Positions 26,070-34,984 of a stretch of 37,593 nt of DNA are shown piece after piece. Within the stretch, counting starts at the first letter, position 1. Every line of letters starts with the position of its first letter. The stretch covers positions 1 through 37,593 of IMG/VR virus record IMGVR_UViG_3300037424_003001. The stretch is one strand, 5' to 3'. Source of the stretch: a virus. Lineage: Duplodnaviria > Caudoviricetes. The notes beneath the pieces were generated by a model. The model was not told the DNA's origin, did not search any database, and saw only the letters and a list, made by a program, of their open reading frames with translations. A program made the translations under genes and the position numbers.

Positions 26070-27043
26070 GCCGGTTCGCCGCCGTCGACCTGTCCAGCCT
26101 GCCGAAGCCCGAGGTGGTCGAGACCCTGGAGTTCGAGGCGATCCTCGCCGCGCTCAAGGCCGACTTCATCGGCCGGTATCCCGACTATTCGGCGGCGACC
26201 CTGGAATCCGATCCGGTGGTGAAGGTGTTGGAGGTGGCAGCCTACCGCGAGGTGATCCTCCGCCAGCGGGTGAACGACGCGGCGCGGCAACGGATGCTGC
26301 CGTACGCCAAAGGCGCCAACCTGGAAGTGCTGGGCGCCGATCAGGGCGTCTATCGGCTGACCCTGAACCCCGGCGACCCGGACGCGGTGCCGCCCATCCC
26401 GCCGACGTACGAGTCCGACGATGATCTGAGGCGCCGCATTCAGTTGGCGCCCGAGGCGCTGACCACGGCCGGCTGCGAGGGCAGCTATGTTTTCAACGCT
26501 CTCACGGCAGGCGAAACACCGGTTGCCATCGACGTCGCCTCGCCCGACGAAACCACCGTGACCCTGACGTACACTTTCGATGCCGGCGGCCTGTCGGCCA
26601 GCATCAAGGATGCGACCTCCATCCGTCCGGAGCCCGGCAGCGTTCTGGTGACCGTGTTGGGCCGCGACGGCGACGGCACTGTCGACGCGCCGATCCTCAC
26701 CATCGTCGAGGCCAACCTGTCGGCGGCCAGCGTTCGGCCCCTGTGCGACGGGGTCACCGTGCAGTCGGCGACGATCAAGCCCTACACGGTCACCGCGCTG
26801 CTCACCGTCTACGACGGGCTCGATCCCAACACGATCGAGGCGGCGGCCGCCATCGCCATGCAGGCGGTCGCCGACAAGCGCCATGCGCTGGGCGAGGATG
26901 TCACGCAATCGGTCCTCGATGCCGCGCTGCACGTGGCCGGGGTCAAGAAAGTGACGCTGGACGGCTGGGCCGACGTGGCCTGCGACGATACCGAGGCGCC
27001 GTACATGACCGGCCTTGCGCTGACGACGGAGCTGGCGGCATGA
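26066..27043 (+). CDS. Baseplate J-like protein
   Basis: DLSSLPKPEVVETL.FE...LESDP...ESDDDLRRRIQLAPE...VRPLCD.V.V. Confidence 0.93.
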   Translation: MSRFAAVDLSSLPKPEVVETLEFEAILAALKADFIGRYPDYSAATLESDPVVKVLEVAAYREVILRQRVNDAARQRMLPYAKGANLEVLGADQGVYRLTLNPGDPDAVPPIPPTYESDDDLRRRIQLAPEALTTAGCEGSYVFNALTAGETPVAIDVASPDETTVTLTYTFDAGGLSASIKDATSIRPEPGSVLVTVLGRDGDGTVDAPILTIVEANLSAASVRPLCDGVTVQSATIKPYTVTALLTVYDGLDPNTIEAAAAIAMQAVADKRHALGEDVTQSVLDAALHVAGVKKVTLDGWADVACDDTEAPYMTGLALTTELAA

Positions 27044-27606
27044 CCAAGAGCCTGCTTCCCCCGAACGCGACCAAACTGGAGCTGGCGCTGGAGGGTGCGG
27101 CGGCCGACAGGATCGAGGCCATTCCGGTACCGATCCCGACGGTCAACGATGCCGCCCAGTGCCCTGCGTCGGTGTTGCCGTTCCTGGCCTGGGCGCGATC
27201 GGTCGACGTCTACGACGCGAGCTGGTCCGTCGCCACGAAGCGCGACGTCGTCGGCACGGCCTTGGCGATCCACCGCACCAAGGGGACGCCGGACTCCGTC
27301 AAGCGCGCGATCGCGGCCTGGGGCATCGAGGCGACGGTGATGGAGCGGGTCGGCGCCCGCCGGTACGACGGCGCCCAAAACCACGACGGCCGCATTTTCT
27401 ACGGCCCGGTCAATGGCTGGGCGATGTATCGCGTGATCCTCAATCGGGCCATCCGCAACGACCAGGTCGCGGGCTTGCGCCGGCTGCTGGAGATGACGGC
27501 GCCGAAGCGCTGCGAGCTGCTGAGCCTCGAATACCAGGAGGCCGCCAATCTCTACGACGGCCGCTCGACGTACGACGGGGCCTATAACCATGGAGTGGCT
27601 GTCTAA
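27040..27606 (+). CDS. Tail protein I (P2 gpI-like)
   Basis: SLLPPNAT.LE...CP...LPFLAW..SVD...HRTKGT. Confidence 0.9.
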   Translation: MTKSLLPPNATKLELALEGAAADRIEAIPVPIPTVNDAAQCPASVLPFLAWARSVDVYDASWSVATKRDVVGTALAIHRTKGTPDSVKRAIAAWGIEATVMERVGARRYDGAQNHDGRIFYGPVNGWAMYRVILNRAIRNDQVAGLRRLLEMTAPKRCELLSLEYQEAANLYDGRSTYDGAYNHGVAV

Positions 27607-28925
27607 TGGCCGATAACCTGACCATCAACGAAACGCCGACCTGGCCGGCAACCATCAAGCTCATCGACACCGACGAGCCGGTGATCGGCGGCGTCGACGG
27701 CATTTCCAACAAGCAGCCGAGCGCGCTGGCCAACCGCAGCCAATGGCTCAAGGCGCAGATCGAAACGGTCATCGAGATGGCCTTGCTCGATCCGGACCCG
27801 GAGGATGTAACCCAGCTCGCCGCCGCCATCGGCAGATTGATCGACGCGCTGGATCTGGGAACGGCCGCTCTGCGCGACGTCGGCACGGGGGCCGGAAACG
27901 TACCCGAGGTGGTGGCGGCAACGGGTAAGCTCAGCCCCGCGATCATCCCGGCCTTTTCGGACACGCTTCTCGCCCAGCTCGCGCTCACCAACATGCGGGT
28001 CCTGCTCTCTTCATCGGTCGCCTCGGGAGCCCTGATCTCCGGGTATCAGTGGGAGCTGGCGTCAGACGAGTGGGGCGCCAGCAGCACCAACGAGACCCAT
28101 ACCGCCGGCACCCCCGGCTATTACTCGAACGGCGGCGGCTATACCGCCAACCAAATCCCCACCATGACCAGCGCCAACACCCCCAGCGGCGTCGTCACCG
28201 CCAGCAACGAGAACTCCGCGTCGGGATGGAACGCGTGGAAGGCTTTCGACCACGTCATCAACGTGTCGTCCGGCTGGGAAACCCAAAATGGCGTGACGGC
28301 CGCGTGGATTGCCTATCAATTCGCGGCGGCCAAGACCATCGGCCGCTATCGCATTTTCCCCTATAGCGGCGCAACCGGCGACCCGAAAGACTGGACCTTT
28401 GAAGGCTCCAACAACGGGGCGGATTGGGATGTTCTCGACACCCAGGCGAACATCGGAAGCTGGGTGGCCGGAACCGCAAAGCAGTTCAACATCGCCAACC
28501 CGGCCTCATACCTCCACTACAGACTGAACGTCACGGCGCCGACGGGCGCGGCCGGCGTCATCCATCTCAGTGAAATTGAAGCGGACGCGGTCAACCCAGC
28601 GGTCAACATGACGCTGGTCCATCCGGCCGCCGTTTCCGTCGCCGCACCGCCCTCGACCTTGGCCGGCTTCTTCCTCTGGAAAGACGAATTGGGCACCGGC
28701 ATCCTCGGCACCGACATCAAGGCCGAGTTCTCGCGCGACAGCGGCGCGACCTGGGACGAAGGCGATCTGGAACTGCTGGCGGCATACGACGGCAACTACT
28801 CTCTTCTGAGTGCCAGGGCCGACGTGTCGGCTCAGCCCGTCGGCACCGATCTCTTCATGAAAATCAGCACCTTCAACCTAAAGGCCCAGCGCGTGGCCGC
28901 GCCGGCGCTCTACGTGGAGAACTGA
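27606..28925 (+). CDS. Tail fibre/receptor-binding protein with a discoidin (F5/8 C)-like domain
   Basis: N-terminal DEPVIGG.DGISN.Q...LANR.QWLK fibre anchor; AWKAFD...WIAYQF...[10 protein letters not shown]...WDVLD...YLHYRLNV. Confidence 0.8.
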   Translation: MADNLTINETPTWPATIKLIDTDEPVIGGVDGISNKQPSALANRSQWLKAQIETVIEMALLDPDPEDVTQLAAAIGRLIDALDLGTAALRDVGTGAGNVPEVVAATGKLSPAIIPAFSDTLLAQLALTNMRVLLSSSVASGALISGYQWELASDEWGASSTNETHTAGTPGYYSNGGGYTANQIPTMTSANTPSGVVTASNENSASGWNAWKAFDHVINVSSGWETQNGVTAAWIAYQFAAAKTIGRYRIFPYSGATGDPKDWTFEGSNNGADWDVLDTQANIGSWVAGTAKQFNIANPASYLHYRLNVTAPTGAAGVIHLSEIEADAVNPAVNMTLVHPAAVSVAAPPSTLAGFFLWKDELGTGILGTDIKAEFSRDSGATWDEGDLELLAAYDGNYSLLSARADVSAQPVGTDLFMKISTFNLKAQRVAAPALYVEN

Positions 28926-28928
28926 TCC

Positions 28929-29138
28929 ATGCTGACCAACGAGCAGATCCTATCCTTCGCGGCGACGCTGCCGGCCGGGCTCTCGGCCGGGGCCAAGCGG
29001 CGCATGTGCTACATCCACTTTTGGCCGGAACCCTTGGTGCGCGAGGCCGAACAGGACGCCCGCGCCGGCGACAACTCCAAGCTGACCGCCTACGACGCCG
29101 ACTGCGCGGCGATCAAACTGGCAATCCCGACAATCTGA
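28929..29138 (+). CDS. Small putative tail fibre assembly protein
   Basis: Follows the fibre gene; ends AAIKLAIP; GGAG RBS. Confidence 0.5.
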   Translation: MLTNEQILSFAATLPAGLSAGAKRRMCYIHFWPEPLVREAEQDARAGDNSKLTAYDADCAAIKLAIPTI

Positions 29139-29152
29139 GAGGAGCACCTTTC

Positions 29153-30583
29153 ATGCCCGAACAGTTCCTGCACGGTATCGAAGTCGTCGAGGTCGACGAC
29201 GGCATCCGCCCGATCCAGACCGTCAAGTCGTCCGTCATCGGCCTGATCGGCACCGCGCCCGACGCCGACGCGGCGACCTTCCCGCTCAACACGCCCGTCC
29301 TGCTGGCCGGCCAGCAGCGCTTGGCCGCCAAGCTGGACCCGACCAACATCGGCGACGGCACGCTGAAAGACGCCTGCGACGCCATCTTCGACCAGACCGG
29401 CGCCATGGTGGTGGTGGTTCGTGTCGAGGAAGGCGCCGACGACGCGGAGACGCTGTCCAACGTCATCGGCGACGGGGCGCTGTTCACCGGCGTCCACGCG
29501 TTCCTCTCGGCCCAGTCGGCGGTCAAGGTGACGCCACGAATTCTGATCGCACCCGGCTTCACCGGCGTGCGGCCGACCGGGGTCGCGTCGATCGCCGTCG
29601 ACATCGGCGGCGCCGGCTACGCCCAGGAGACCACCACGGTCGCCATCGCCGGCGACGGCGAGGGGGCCGAGGCCAAGGCCACCGTTACCGCCGGCGTCGT
29701 CACCGCCATCGCGGTGACCAAGGGCGGCTTCGGCTACACCGCGGCGCCGGTCGTAACCATCGCCGGCGCCGGGGCCGCCGCCGGCGCCACGGCGACGGCC
29801 ACCATCGCCGCGGTCGCCAACCCGGTGGTCGCCGAGCTGCAGGGCATCGCCGAACGGATGCGGGCGGTGATCGTCGCCGACGGACCGAACACCACCGACG
29901 CGGCGGCCATCACGTATCGCGAAGACTGGGGGTCGGACCGCATCTTCGTGGTCGATCCGCACGCCATGGTCTGGGACACGGTGGCCAACGCGGCCGTGGC
30001 GCAACCGGCCAGCGGGCGGGTGGCCGGACGCATGGCCTGGCTGGACAACACGCGGGGCTTCTGGTGGAGCCCGTCCAACCAGGTGTTGACCGGCATCGTC
30101 GGCATCGCCCGGCCGATCGATTTCAACATGAGCGACGTCAACTGCATCGCCAACCACCTCAACGAAAACGAGGTGGCCACCATCATCCAGGCCGACGGCT
30201 ACCGGCTTTGGGGCAACCGCACCACCAGCGCCGACCCGCTGTGGGCGTTCCTTTCCGTGCGCCGCACCGCCGACATGATCTACGAGTCGATCGAGCAGGC
30301 GTTCCTGTGGGCGATGGACCGCCCCTTCAGCGCCCAGCTCCTGCGCGACATCGAGGGCAGCGTCAACGCCTACCTGCGCCACCTGACCGTCGTGGGGGCC
30401 ATCCTGGGCGGCAAGGCGTGGCTGGACGCCGAACTGAACACCGCCGACCAGCTCACGGCCGGCAAGCTCTTCGTCGACTTCGACATCGAGCCGGCGGCGC
30501 CGCTGGAGCACCTGACGTTCCGGGCTCACCGCAACGCCGGCTACTACGAAGAGCTGGTCAACCAGGTGGCGGCGGCCGCCTAA
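29153..30583 (+). CDS. Contractile tail sheath (P2 FI-like)
   Basis: FLHGIEVVE...PRILIAPGF...GFWWSPSN...YRLWGNRT...FLSVRRTAD. Confidence 0.95.
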   Translation: MPEQFLHGIEVVEVDDGIRPIQTVKSSVIGLIGTAPDADAATFPLNTPVLLAGQQRLAAKLDPTNIGDGTLKDACDAIFDQTGAMVVVVRVEEGADDAETLSNVIGDGALFTGVHAFLSAQSAVKVTPRILIAPGFTGVRPTGVASIAVDIGGAGYAQETTTVAIAGDGEGAEAKATVTAGVVTAIAVTKGGFGYTAAPVVTIAGAGAAAGATATATIAAVANPVVAELQGIAERMRAVIVADGPNTTDAAAITYREDWGSDRIFVVDPHAMVWDTVANAAVAQPASGRVAGRMAWLDNTRGFWWSPSNQVLTGIVGIARPIDFNMSDVNCIANHLNENEVATIIQADGYRLWGNRTTSADPLWAFLSVRRTADMIYESIEQAFLWAMDRPFSAQLLRDIEGSVNAYLRHLTVVGAILGGKAWLDAELNTADQLTAGKLFVDFDIEPAAPLEHLTFRAHRNAGYYEELVNQVAAAA

Positions 30584-30598
30584 CCCGAGGAGATAGAC

Positions 30599-31087
30599 AT
30601 GCTTCCCAAGACGCTCAAGAATTTCACGGTGTTCGTCGACGGCATCGGCTATGCCGGCCGGATCGAGGAGGGGGCGCCGCCCAAGACGACGATGGATACC
30701 CAGGAGTTCGCCGGCGGCGGCATGGCCGGCACCGTCGACATCCCCATGGGCACCGTCGCCAAGATGGAGTTCGAGTTCACCCTGGCCGAAATGAATGCCG
30801 ACGTCATCGGCAAGCTCGGCCAGGCCGGCGTGCCGATCACCTTCCGCGGCGCCCAGGGGACCGAGAACGAGGCCGTCATCATCGAGACCCGGTCGCTGAT
30901 CCGCGAGCCCGATCTCGGCACCTGGAAGAGGGGCGACAAGAACACCCTCAAGATCGCCGCCACGGCCAGCTACTACAAGCTCTCCATCGCGGGGGCCGAC
31001 GTCATCGAGGTCGACGTCGAGGCCATGAAGTTCGTGGTGCGCGGCGTCGACCAGCTGGCCGCCGTGCGCACGGCCCTCGGGCTCTAG
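30599..31087 (+). CDS. Major tail tube (P2 FII-like)
   Basis: LPKTLKNF..FVDG..YAG...GGGM.G...GVDQLAAVR.ALGL. Confidence 0.92.
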   Translation: MLPKTLKNFTVFVDGIGYAGRIEEGAPPKTTMDTQEFAGGGMAGTVDIPMGTVAKMEFEFTLAEMNADVIGKLGQAGVPITFRGAQGTENEAVIIETRSLIREPDLGTWKRGDKNTLKIAATASYYKLSIAGADVIEVDVEAMKFVVRGVDQLAAVRTALGL

Positions 31088-31098
31088 GGAGGCGAGAC

Positions 31099-31347
31099 AT
31101 GGAAAAGGACAAGGATGCTCTTCAATACCCCGTGACCATGAACGGCCAGGAGTACAAGAAGCTGACCATGCGCCGCCCCAAGGTGAAGGACGACCTGGCC
31201 GCCCAGGCGCAGGCCAAGAGCGAAGGGGAGCGGGAGGCCCTCCTGTTCGCCATCCTGTGCGGCGTCCCGCCGGAGGTGATCCGCGAGGTCGACCAGGCGG
31301 CCGACTATGCCCGCCTGCAAGCGGACTATCAGGGTTTTTTCGTCTAG
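31099..31347 (+). CDS. Tail assembly chaperone (P2 gpE-like)
   Basis: LTMRRPKVKD...E..LFA.LCG....I...D..DY..LQ..YQGFF. Confidence 0.85.
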   Translation: MEKDKDALQYPVTMNGQEYKKLTMRRPKVKDDLAAQAQAKSEGEREALLFAILCGVPPEVIREVDQAADYARLQADYQGFFV

Positions 31348-31496
31348 ACCCCGACGACCTCCGAATCGCCGGGGCGTTCGTCGCCCGCGTCCTTCACCAG
31401 CCGTGGCCGGTCATTGAAGAGATGACCCATGAGCAGCTGCGCGACCGCGTCGAGGACGCGGCGCGCCTTCTCAAGGAACTGAGGATCAAGCCGTGA
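31332..31496 (+). other. -1 programmed frameshift site GGGTTTTTT and E+E'-type extension
   Basis: Slippery run at 31332-31340 just before the chaperone stop. The -1 frame stays open to 31496 (VLHQPWPVIEEMT..QL), abutting the tape measure start. Confidence 0.75.
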
Positions 31497-33520
31497 GCGA
31501 TCTCGAAGTCGGCGTCGTCGTCACCGCCAAGGTCGGCAATGCGGTCCGCGAGGTCGGCAAGGCCACCAACAGCGTCCGCAGGGATACGGCCGACGTCGCC
31601 CAGAGCCAGCGCAGCCTGGCGCGGGCGAGCGACGACGCCGGCCGCTCGACGGGCCGTCTCGGTTCCGCCCTGGCCGGGGCCGGGCGCCGCGCGGCCGGCA
31701 TGGCGCGCAGCGCCGCCGGCGCGGTCGGCCAGATCCGGGCGATGGGCAACGTCGCCGGGGCGGCGGGCCGGGCGCTGGACAAGGTCGGCAACCGGTACTC
31801 GGCGCTGGTCACCGGAGCCGGCGCGGTGGGCGCGGCGCGCTTCATCGGCAACCTTCAGGAGCGGTTCACCCGCCTGGGCATCCAGGCCAATATTGGCGCC
31901 GATCAGGTGGACGCGCTCAAGCGCCAGATCTTCGAGATCTCGCGCCAAAAGCAGATCCGGGTCGACCCGGGTGAGGTGACGGCCGGCATCGAAAGAATCA
32001 TCGAAAAGACCGGCGACCTGAAACTGGCCCAGGAAAACATCGAGAACATCGCCGCCTCCATCCAGGCGACCGGCGCCGGCGGCGCCGACATCGGCGCCAT
32101 GATCGCCGACCTTTCCCAGAAATTCGACATCCAGGGCGCCGACCAGATGCGCAAGATGCTCGATACCATCGTCCGTCAGGGCAAGGCCGGCGCCTTCACC
32201 CTCCAGAACCTGGCTGCGATGGGCGAGCGGACCACCGCCGCCTATGCCGCCATGGGCAGATCGGGGCCGGACGCCGTACGCGAGATGGGCGCCCTTTTGC
32301 AGGTGGCCCGGATGGGCGTGGGCTCGGCCGAGCAGGCCACCACGTCGTTCGAGCGGCTGATGAGCGAGCTGGTTTCCAAGTCCAAGGAGATCGAGGGCCT
32401 GGGCATCACCGTGTGGGACCCGGAGAAACTGGCCGAGGGCCAGAAGGTGGCGCGCTCGGCCGTCGACATCATCAAGGAGCTGATGATCTCGACGGGCGGC
32501 GACATCCAGAAGCTGGGCGAGATCTTCGGCGACGAGTCCATTCGCCTCCTCAATTCGGTCAAGACCGAGTTCCAGCGCACCGGCGACTTCAAGACGATGG
32601 ATTCCTTTCTGGCCGTCTCCGGAGACGGCAAGCAGCTGCTGGAGGACAGCGCCCGGGCGGCCGACGGGGCCAACGCCGCGATGCGCAACATGCTGTCCGC
32701 CTGGCAAACGTTCGCCGACACCAAGCTCACGGGTCCGATCCAGAGCCTGGCCGACCTGCTCAACATGATGTCGTCCGACAAGGTGGACACCCTCATGTCG
32801 GTGCTCACCTATGGCGCCGGGGCGGTGGGCGCGGCCGTGGTGGGCCGCAAGGTCTTCAAGGCCGGCGCCGCGCTCCGCGGGATGTTCGGTGGGCGGGGCG
32901 GCGCGGCCGGCGTCGGCGGCGCCGCCTTGGCAGCCGCCGGGGGCGCGACGCCGGTGATTGTCACCAACTGGCCGGCCGGCGGGCTCGGCGGCTTCGGCGG
33001 CGGCAAGGGGACGGGCAAGGGAGTGGGCAAGGCCTCGCCATGGGGCCTCGGCAAGGTGGGCGCCGGCCTCTCGGGCGCCGGCAAGCTGCTCGGCCGGGTG
33101 GCGATGCCGCTGATGGTCGGCATGAGTCTAATGGATACCGTCGGCGCCGCCGCCTCGGGCGATGCCAAGGGAGTGGGAAGCTCGCTCGGCAGCCTCGGCG
33201 GTACCTTCGCCGGCGCCGCCGCCGGCGCGGCCCTGGGTTCGGTGGTGCCGGTGATCGGCACGGCCATCGGCGGCCTGGCCGGCGGGCTGCTCGGCAGCTT
33301 CGCCGGCGAGGGTCTGGGCGGCTGGCTCGGCGGCCTGTTCGGGGGCAAGGGGAAGGAGCCCGGGCAGGAGGCGACCCCGGCCACCGGCGGCCGCACGGGC
33401 GGTGGCAATCAGACGATCACCATCACCGTCAACCCCTCGGCCGGCATGAACGAGGAGGCCCTGGCCCGGCGCATCCAGCGCCTGCTAACCGAGCAGCGCG
33501 AGGAGGCGCTCCATGAATAG
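31493..33520 (+). CDS. Tail tape measure protein
   Basis: 675 aa, Ala/Gly-rich helical, GKAGAFTL core and Gly-rich hydrophobic C-terminus; synteny. GTG start. Confidence 0.9.
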   Translation: MSDLEVGVVVTAKVGNAVREVGKATNSVRRDTADVAQSQRSLARASDDAGRSTGRLGSALAGAGRRAAGMARSAAGAVGQIRAMGNVAGAAGRALDKVGNRYSALVTGAGAVGAARFIGNLQERFTRLGIQANIGADQVDALKRQIFEISRQKQIRVDPGEVTAGIERIIEKTGDLKLAQENIENIAASIQATGAGGADIGAMIADLSQKFDIQGADQMRKMLDTIVRQGKAGAFTLQNLAAMGERTTAAYAAMGRSGPDAVREMGALLQVARMGVGSAEQATTSFERLMSELVSKSKEIEGLGITVWDPEKLAEGQKVARSAVDIIKELMISTGGDIQKLGEIFGDESIRLLNSVKTEFQRTGDFKTMDSFLAVSGDGKQLLEDSARAADGANAAMRNMLSAWQTFADTKLTGPIQSLADLLNMMSSDKVDTLMSVLTYGAGAVGAAVVGRKVFKAGAALRGMFGGRGGAAGVGGAALAAAGGATPVIVTNWPAGGLGGFGGGKGTGKGVGKASPWGLGKVGAGLSGAGKLLGRVAMPLMVGMSLMDTVGAAASGDAKGVGSSLGSLGGTFAGAAAGAALGSVVPVIGTAIGGLAGGLLGSFAGEGLGGWLGGLFGGKGKEPGQEATPATGGRTGGGNQTITITVNPSAGMNEEALARRIQRLLTEQREEALHE

Positions 33521-34058
33521 GCTAGCGGACGAACGAGAGATCCGCGACGTCCATGTAGGCCTGGCCGGGCGCCATGTCGCACACCCAGCCGGCCTGGTCT
33601 TTCATGACGTAGACGCCGGGCTTCCGGCCGCCTCCCACGATGAACTGGAGAGCGTGGCCCGATGCCCGCGTCTCACGGGGAAAGTGGCGCGCCTGGTTGT
33701 CCACGGTGACCGTCAGGAAGACGGTGCGGCCCCAGCCCCGTGTCTCGGCCGCCCCTCGGCTCTCGGACATCATGGCCGGCTCGATCTCGGCTTCGGCCCT
33801 GGTGAAGTCCGGCCAGGCTTCGCGAAGGCGCGGGCAGACCGTGGCCAGCGTGTCGATAGCCTTGGCGGCCATGGTCCGGTCGGCCTCGCTGATCTTGCCG
33901 GGCAACGTGACTTTGGCGCTGACGCTGTCCTCCCCGCAGGCCCCAAGGGCGAGGACGGCAACGGCGCCGATAATCGCAAGGATGGTGCGCATGACGTTTC
34001 CCCGGTTTGTTGTTGCGCGGTGATGCTATCGCGAGGGTTGGAGGCTTGTCATGTCTGA
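33513..34058 (+). CDS. Hypothetical 181-aa ORF antisense to the lipoprotein gene (bridge ORF 3)
   Basis: AGGAGG RBS; 8-nt overlaps with the tape measure stop and the gpU start. Confidence 0.3.
   Translation: MNRLADEREIRDVHVGLAGRHVAHPAGLVFHDVDAGLPAASHDELESVARCPRLTGKVARLVVHGDRQEDGAAPAPCLGRPSALGHHGRLDLGFGPGEVRPGFAKARADRGQRVDSLGGHGPVGLADLAGQRDFGADAVLPAGPKGEDGNGADNRKDGAHDVSPVCCCAVMLSRGLEACHV
33522..33992 (-). CDS. Lipoprotein (antisense moron)
   Basis: MRTILAIIGAVAVLALGAC signal with lipobox; GGGGAAA RBS. Confidence 0.75.
   Translation of the reverse strand: MRTILAIIGAVAVLALGACGEDSVSAKVTLPGKISEADRTMAAKAIDTLATVCPRLREAWPDFTRAEAEIEPAMMSESRGAAETRGWGRTVFLTVTVDNQARHFPRETRASGHALQFIVGGGRKPGVYVMKDQAGWVCDMAPGQAYMDVADLSFVR
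34023..34052 (-). promoter_or_regulatory. Sigma70-like promoter for the lipoprotein gene
   Basis: The minus strand reads ATGACA-18 nt-TAGCAT. Confidence 0.4.
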
Positions 34059-34443
34059 CGTGATGCTGGCCCTGGGCGGCTACCGCTTCTCGATGACGAC
34101 GGCGGCCTACCAGCGCCTGCGCCGCTCAGATGTGTGGCGCTGGATCTTCCAGGACCGCATCGGCCGCAAACCCGCTGGCCAGTTCACGGGGCCAGGCAAG
34201 AGCGAGGTCGAGATCGAGGGCGTCATCTACCCGCACTACAAGGGCGGGCTCGGCCAGATCCCGGCCATCCGGGCCGAGGCCGACAAGGGCGAGCCGCTTC
34301 TCCTCGCCGACGGCTACGGTAACGTGTGGGGCCAATGGGTGATCGAGCGGCTTGAGGCGACGGAGTCGGTGCCGATGGCCAACGGCGCCCCCCGCAAGAT
34401 CGAGTTCCGCCTGAACCTCAGTACATACGGGGAGGATGCCTGA
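34051..34443 (+). CDS. Tail protein U (P2 gpU-like)
   Basis: MLALG.Y.FS..TAAYQ.L.R...QFTGPG...G.PRKIEF.L.L..YGED. Confidence 0.92.
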   Translation: MSDVMLALGGYRFSMTTAAYQRLRRSDVWRWIFQDRIGRKPAGQFTGPGKSEVEIEGVIYPHYKGGLGQIPAIRAEADKGEPLLLADGYGNVWGQWVIERLEATESVPMANGAPRKIEFRLNLSTYGEDA

Positions 34444-34649
34444 TGGCCCAGTACCTGACCCGCGAGGGCGACATGCTGGACCGGATCTGCTGGAAGTTCT
34501 ACGGCCGCCAGTCCGGCGCCGTCGAGGCGGTGATGGAGGCCAACCCGCACCTGGCCGACCGGGGGCCGCTCCTTCCGGCGGGCATCGTCATCGAACTGCC
34601 GGCGCTGGCGGAGCCGGAAGATGAGCCCTCGGGAGCCCTTTGGATATGA
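34443..34649 (+). CDS. Tail protein X (P2 gpX, LysM-like)
   Basis: TREGDMLDRICWKFYG...VEAVMEANP.LA..GP.LPAG..I.LP. Confidence 0.92.
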   Translation: MAQYLTREGDMLDRICWKFYGRQSGAVEAVMEANPHLADRGPLLPAGIVIELPALAEPEDEPSGALWI

Positions 34650-34984
34650 CGGAATGCCTTGAGCTATTTCCAGAGCGCCCCGAGGGGCTCCTCAATCCTC
34701 TCATTGGAGGCGCTGGGTGTGTCGCACCCGGCAAGGATATGGCCGGCCAAGCAGTTCTTCTTCTCGTCAGCCCGCATCAGCCGGTCATAGTCCGCCTTGG
34801 TGAGCTTCACCTCGGGAAACATGTCACAGAGGTTTTTCCCGGTGAGCCTCGCATACTCCGAGCAGCTCATCTTCACTGTGTCGTCGCCCAGGACCGGGCC
34901 GGCGGCGAACAAGAGCCCGAGAGCAACAAGGATGGCACGCCCCATGGTGAGTCCTCCGGCAAAATCGGGAACATGATGCAATGA
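34646..34984 (+). CDS. Hypothetical 112-aa ORF antisense to the secreted-protein gene (bridge ORF 4)
   Basis: ATGA overlaps with the gpX stop and the gpD start. Confidence 0.3.
   Translation: MTECLELFPERPEGLLNPLIGGAGCVAPGKDMAGQAVLLLVSPHQPVIVRLGELHLGKHVTEVFPGEPRILRAAHLHCVVAQDRAGGEQEPESNKDGTPHGESSGKIGNMMQ
34664..34945 (-). CDS. Small secreted four-Cys protein (antisense moron)
   Basis: GGAGG RBS; signal peptide MGRAILVALGLLFAAGPVLG; four Cys in the mature region. Confidence 0.65.
   Translation of the reverse strand: MGRAILVALGLLFAAGPVLGDDTVKMSCSEYARLTGKNLCDMFPEVKLTKADYDRLMRADEKKNCLAGHILAGCDTPSASNERIEEPLGALWK

Noticed and set aside
27606-29138. Diversity-generating retroelement or invertible fibre segment
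   Set aside because: No reverse transcriptase, invertase or template/variable repeat pair is seen in the window.
32880-33360. GGC-rich quasi-repeats
   Set aside because: Ordinary Gly/Ala-rich tape measure coding sequence, not a CRISPR array or tandem repeat.
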